Source of the DNA: Parasitella parasitica NRRL 2501
Lineage: Eukaryota > Fungi > Mucoromycota
Length of the DNA: 40,757 bases
NCBI GenBank assembly: GCA_025201805.1
Contig: MU619320.1
Span: 1 to 40,757 of the forward strand
Reading direction: 5' to 3'
In this document: positions 35,691 to 40,757 of the stretch, piece by piece
Numbering within the stretch: position 1 is the stretch's first letter
How the letters are laid out: every line of letters starts with the position of its first letter
Translations under genes and position numbers: made by a program
Notes under the pieces: generated by a model
The model's database searches: none
Told to the model about the DNA's origin: nothing
What the model saw: the letters and a program-made list of their open reading frames with translations, nothing else

Positions 35691-37241
35691 TTAAGATGAT
35701 GTGAAAGAGAGTTCAATTTTGTATGTAGCATTTTTAAATAGGACTTCTGGATACACTACATTCTCCGTTCGCGTAACATTTTCTGGTAGTAAGATTTTTA
35801 TACCATTCGCTGATGTTGCTCTTGAGAAAGCGACATAGAGCTGGCCATGAGTGAATACAAGACTCTTCAGATCTACAGCGACTTTTTTGAGTGATTGACC
35901 TTGCGACTTGTTAATTGTCATTGCAAATGACACCCTTACGGGGACCTGTTTTCTAGTCAAGGTAAATGGCAAGGTGCCAGGCAATGTTGACAATGTAAAG
36001 CGAGGAATCAACTCGATTGTATCTGACCCGCCAAGAATTTTCAACTTGAGCACATATTGCCCAATTTTTTGTATGATGAGCCTGGTGCCATTACATAAAC
36101 CTCTTTCAGGATTTAGATTTCTTAACAGCATGACAGGAAGACCTACTTTCAACTCCGAAGCTGCTGGCGGCAGCCCTGAAGGCGAAAGAGTCTGTAGATA
36201 CTCTGAGGGGTAGGTCTGTTCAGTGTTAGTCAGATCAGACTGAACCGTGTCAGCAGAGTACAAAGTAATCTTATCGCCAATCACATTCTCCATCACCTTG
36301 TTATTGATAACATCAACATTAATGTTTTTCGAACAGAGGATTGCCCTTTCCTTGAAGAAATCACTATTTTGCAGAGGACGTTGCAGAACATGCCGAGGAT
36401 AAATATCTTCAATGAACTGATCAAGGTCAGTCATCTGTCTCAAAAAAGAAGGCAAAGCAATACTGCCAATCATTGCTGATTCGTAGGACATTCTGCCGAT
36501 CCAATCTGTAAATTGACGGTCGATTTCATTTGAGTTGGCTAGTCTCATATTCTCGGTAAGCATCAGTTTTTGCAATCTAGGCCACAATCTTGACGAAATC
36601 AGCGACGCATCTACGATTTGAGGACGACCGCCTTGCTTGACGACAGGAGGGATCTGGGCAAAATCACCACCAAGAACGACAGGAATACCACCGAAGGAAA
36701 CTTCATCATCACAACTGCAGACATCACAGAGTGTTTTGTCAAGAGCTTCGAAGCAATAACGATGTTGCATTGGCACTTCGTCCCAGATGATCAATGCTGT
36801 GCTTCGAATGAGGTTAGCAAGGTCACCATTCTTCTTGATAGCACACACGGATTGCTCGTGTATGTTTAATGGAATCGCAAAGCGAGAGTGAGACGTACGC
36901 CCACCAGATAACAGCAAAGCAGCAATACCAGAGGAGGCAACACAGAGAACAATCTTTCCTTGGCTTCTATAATAGTGACAAAGAGTATTGTAGACAAAAG
37001 TTTTACCAGTTCCAGCTGGACCTTGCAAGAAGAAATGAGAATTGTTGGTATTGCTGTTAATGGAGGAGGTGATGGTGTCAAAGACATGCTTCTGAGTGGC
37101 GTTCATTTGAGCATACTTTTGCTGATATGAAAACGCTTCCTGATCTCGTAAATATGACATTTCGCTGAGGATCAGTGAGTTGCGTTGTATATCAGTCATT
37201 CTATTTATCGGTCCATTCCAGTTGAAGAGAGACAAAGGCAA
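35691..37241 (-). pseudogene. Pif1-like helicase portion of the Helitron RepHel
   Basis: 516-aa open segment with the SF1B/Pif1 motifs, disconnected from the Rep portion by frameshifts and stops. Confidence 0.9.
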
Positions 37242-40200
37242 ATTGAATTGATCCAGAGATCTATCTGAGCACCAAGAGACATCTGAAGCAAATACAGGCC
37301 GTAATCCAGACTACGGGCTCCACGAAAGAACTCAGCATTGGTTTGTACATCGAGCAGTTGAGAATACCCCTTTTGCATAATTGTATGTTCAAGATCATCA
37401 CAAAAACTTTCACAAAATTGATTCCAGATCTCAACAGGTGATACCAGAGAGTTAAACATGAGCGCAGACACAAACATTGAGCGCATGGCATAGCCAGAGG
37501 CAAAAGTAGCAGCTTCTTGGAAGGCTTTTGCCCATTCCTCATCATCTTCGGTTAAATGTAGCATCATACACGCTTCGCGTTAAGTGGCACATTCTTGACC
37601 ATTTGATGTTCTCAAGTGCGAAAAGGACGTAGCTCTGCTGACAACTGTCAAAAGCAAACGGAGTTAGTATCTTTCACCAGCAGCAGGCCTGCAGTAGTAC
37701 ATACGACCAATTGACACACGGCTGTTTTGTCTTGGTTTCCATTCCTTTGTTGCTTGATGCCATGTCATGAACTCAGGAAATTGTTGATACAGTAATGGTC
37801 GAAAGTTGGCTCTATTCTGATTTTGGTTATTGCAGTGAAAATAAGCCATCAGTGTGGAGCGACTCTCTCTCAGTACTTTATCAATTTTTGCCTGGGGCCA
37901 CAAAGGGTGTCAAAGCACACGGGCTGTTTTTTTTCGAGATGGACAGCAAGAGGAGAGACAGACGGGCTTCCTTCATGCATTGGGAATTCATACAATCTCC
38001 AAGCAGCCTCAACAGGACTGATATAACGGCCATTCAAATATTTGGCAACTTCACCATTCTGGTTTGTTACTGTTGTTGTTTTCTGTGTTGTTTGATCAAA
38101 TCCTTTGTAAACATACTTGTTGATATATTTAATTGTCTGGACACTGGCACATACTTCCACATTAATCTGAGCATTGTATTTCCTTTGAGAGATAGGGATT
38201 GTATGGAACAACCCATTCATTTGTCATTTCAAAGCCGTGATGCAAGTTCTGCTCGTCTTTGATGCGTACATGGAGGGAGCGACCATCTCGTCTTCTGCGA
38301 TGCAGTGGATATCCATCCTCGGTTACTATTGTTGACGGTTGGTAATGCTTTAGAAATTTTTTGGAGCATACATCATTACCAAAAGCATCCTTCACAATGC
38401 ATGGCGACTTCTTGTTGTAATCACCACAGGGACCGTGCATCATGTTCAAGGTAATAATGGCAGCAATTCAGGTTCTTCGAGGACGTCTGGAATTTCAGCA
38501 CAAATGATTTGATTAATTTTTTCTGCCGTGTCAAATTTGTCTGTTTCATTATCTAAGAACAGCAGCATATGACCATGCGGGAGACCACGTTTTTGATATT
38601 CAATGGTTCTGACAACACCTCTGTATCTACCAAATATGTTTTTGGTTTTGAGCTCGTGCAAAAGCTCTCTGTGCTTCAGGTTGAACACGCGAGCCACCAA
38701 GTCTGGAAGATCAGTTGCAGTTTGACCGGGTAACAGCTCATTCTGAATTTCCCTCCAGTTTGGATTGGCAGTGAAGGTGATAAACAAAGTTGGCTTACCA
38801 AAGAATCGTGAAATAGCCATTGCATTTTGATATAGTTGCTGCATAAATCTGGGTCCACCAGTAAAGCTGCTAGACAGTATAAAGGTTTTTCCAACCATTT
38901 CCAGGTCTGCGTCAGCAGCACTAATAGCATCAGAAAGCCCCTTGTAGAGATCAGCCCTAAGGTTTGATTGATTCGCTTTGATCTAATCCAGTTTTGTTTG
39001 CTCACAAACTGCCCATGCATCAATCACGTATTGCTGAAATAGACGTTTTGACAGGAAAATGATTTTCGACTCATTATTTCTCACATGCAATCTGGATCTG
39101 TAAAACACTCATTGGGTGAGTCTGTTTCGCTGTGGTTGACGTTCTTCTTCAGCTACTTCTTCTTTGTTTACTTCTTCTTGTGCTTCTTCATCATCGATAG
39201 CCATGACAGTAACGGCTAGATCAAGCGATTGCAAGCGACGGCCCCAGTGCCACCCATATTCGCCTCTAGGAAAAAAAAAGACATAATGAAGAGGCATGTG
39301 GGCAGCATGAGTTTCATTAATTCTTTTGAAAAGACCCTGAGTGCTGGCGGAGGAGCTATTTCGATATGTAATCAAACTATCTCTGAGACTCCTGTCAGCA
39401 TATTCGTTGGGTATGATAGCCGCAACCTCGTTGACAGTTGGCAGATTTTGGGTGCGTCTGTCTTCACCAACAATTAACTCCATTCGCATCTGAAGGTTGA
39501 GCCTGATGTGAGCATCCTCGTTGATACCATTTTGGGCTTGTCGCTCCTCTTCCTCGCTCAAAATTTCGTGGGTGTGCTTGTATATTTGAACGAAAGGATT
39601 GCCACAAATATCTGGATTAGCAATCATCTCGCTCAACTGCTCAATGATTGTCTCGTCTAACCCTTCATTCCGTTGATCTGCAGACCGAATTGCAGCAGAA
39701 TAATCCGGATCATAAATACACAACTGGTTGTATTTTGGGCTGCTGTTCAAATTCAAAGGAGCTTGCATATGATACAGTTCTCCATGAACACGAATTCGAG
39801 TATGATCCCACCTCTGATTTCTTCTTGTCTCTCTCATTGAAGTTGCTCAGGGGCAGCGTCAGCACCAAATGAGGTAAACGTAAACAAAATGTTGTAATAT
39901 CTCGTATGCTGCAAGAAATGCGCTGAGCGTGGATGATTACCGTTGATCATGCGGTTCTTGTAGTAAGGGCAATATAGCCTTTCCTTTTTTACAGCAAGCA
40001 TGGAAGCGAATGTCGTTCCCAGATTAGAGATTCGCATTCTTGCCAATTCAGAAACAAAAGCTGTGGGTGCTCTGGGTGCTATGGGTGCTCTGGGTGCTGT
40101 CGGTGCTGTCGATCTTGACGCAGCTCTCTGTCTGGGCACGTCCCTAAAAAAAAAAGGTCTGCTCAATTTACAATTTATTCTGCAAACAATTTTTATTTAC

Positions 40201-40757
40201 ACGACACGAATCACATTTTTGTAACGAAGAGGTTTCAGGAAGAGCAATTCTGCAGCTTGTGCAATTTCCAGTCTGAGAAGGAGGTATACTGATAGTAAAA
40301 GAAAGTAATTGCCAAAAACTTCAAAGCCTTGTTGGCCCATCCAAGGAAAAAAAAGTTCTTGATTTGTTGATTAAGCGCTTCATTTAAAAATATTTTAGCG
40401 ATAGGATGATTGTTATTATAAATTTTCAAAGTCGCCAAAAGTCGACAAAAGTCGACAAAGTTTCCACCTCCGATATGGCGACTTAGCTTATAACCCGAGT
40501 TATTTGGGAAAATAATCACAAATAACTGGAGTTATTTTTGATCAAAGTCGCTCCCAGTAAAATAAATAAAGTTTGGATCAGAATATGCGTAAAAGAAATT
40601 TTTTAACTTTATTGAGACAATGTCTATGAGGGAAACGAAAAAAACTAGTGCAGAAATGATATATTTTATGATACATGTGTATCTGTTTTAATTAAAGAAC
40701 TCATCAAGATTTTCTGATATATTATGAATGCTTATTGCACCATTTTCGTTGCGGGTT

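Larger units (their letters stand above)
35452..40166 (-). mobile_element. Helitron (Rep-Helicase), decayed; 3' end defined, 5' end beyond 40166 not defined
   Basis: Rep motifs LFITFTANPNW, EYQKRGLPHGH, KYINKYVYKG. Pif1 motifs GPAGTGKT, IIWDEVPM, LGGDFAQIPPV, GLCNGTRL, FAMTINKSQGQS, HGQLYVAFSR. ORF split into at least 7 fragments. 3' hairpin + CTAG|T at 35452. Confidence 0.95.

Overview
Fungal genomic DNA, most consistent with a Mucorales/Mucoromycota species: short GT-AG introns, a white-collar-2-like gene, and Tc1/IS630 and Helitron elements. The left ~20.6 kb is a compact block of conserved genes: carboxypeptidase Y, WC-2-like PAS-GATA factor, phosphomannose isomerase, mitochondrial carrier, DBP4, small SET protein, casein kinase I, UBAP1-like UMA-UBA protein, RPC25, VC0807-like membrane protein, RPL38, a hidden 4-exon ASDURF-like microprotein gene and a DUF2470-TMEM254 gene. 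The right half is accessory: gene remnants, an orphan C2H2 protein, an AIFM2/FSP1-like oxidoreductase convergent with a siderophore-iron MFS transporter, three decayed Tc1/IS630 elements and a decayed Helitron with an intact 3' end. Best leads: (1) a fungal ASDURF-like prefoldin microprotein, absent from the ORF track, that stops 60 nt before the next gene and so echoes the uORF arrangement of human ASDURF/ASNSD1; (2) a candidate iron-regulated oxidoreductase + siderophore transporter pair, both promoters carrying SreA-type ATCWGATAA boxes. All family calls are by motif recognition from memory, and exon boundaries were derived by hand; no searches were run.
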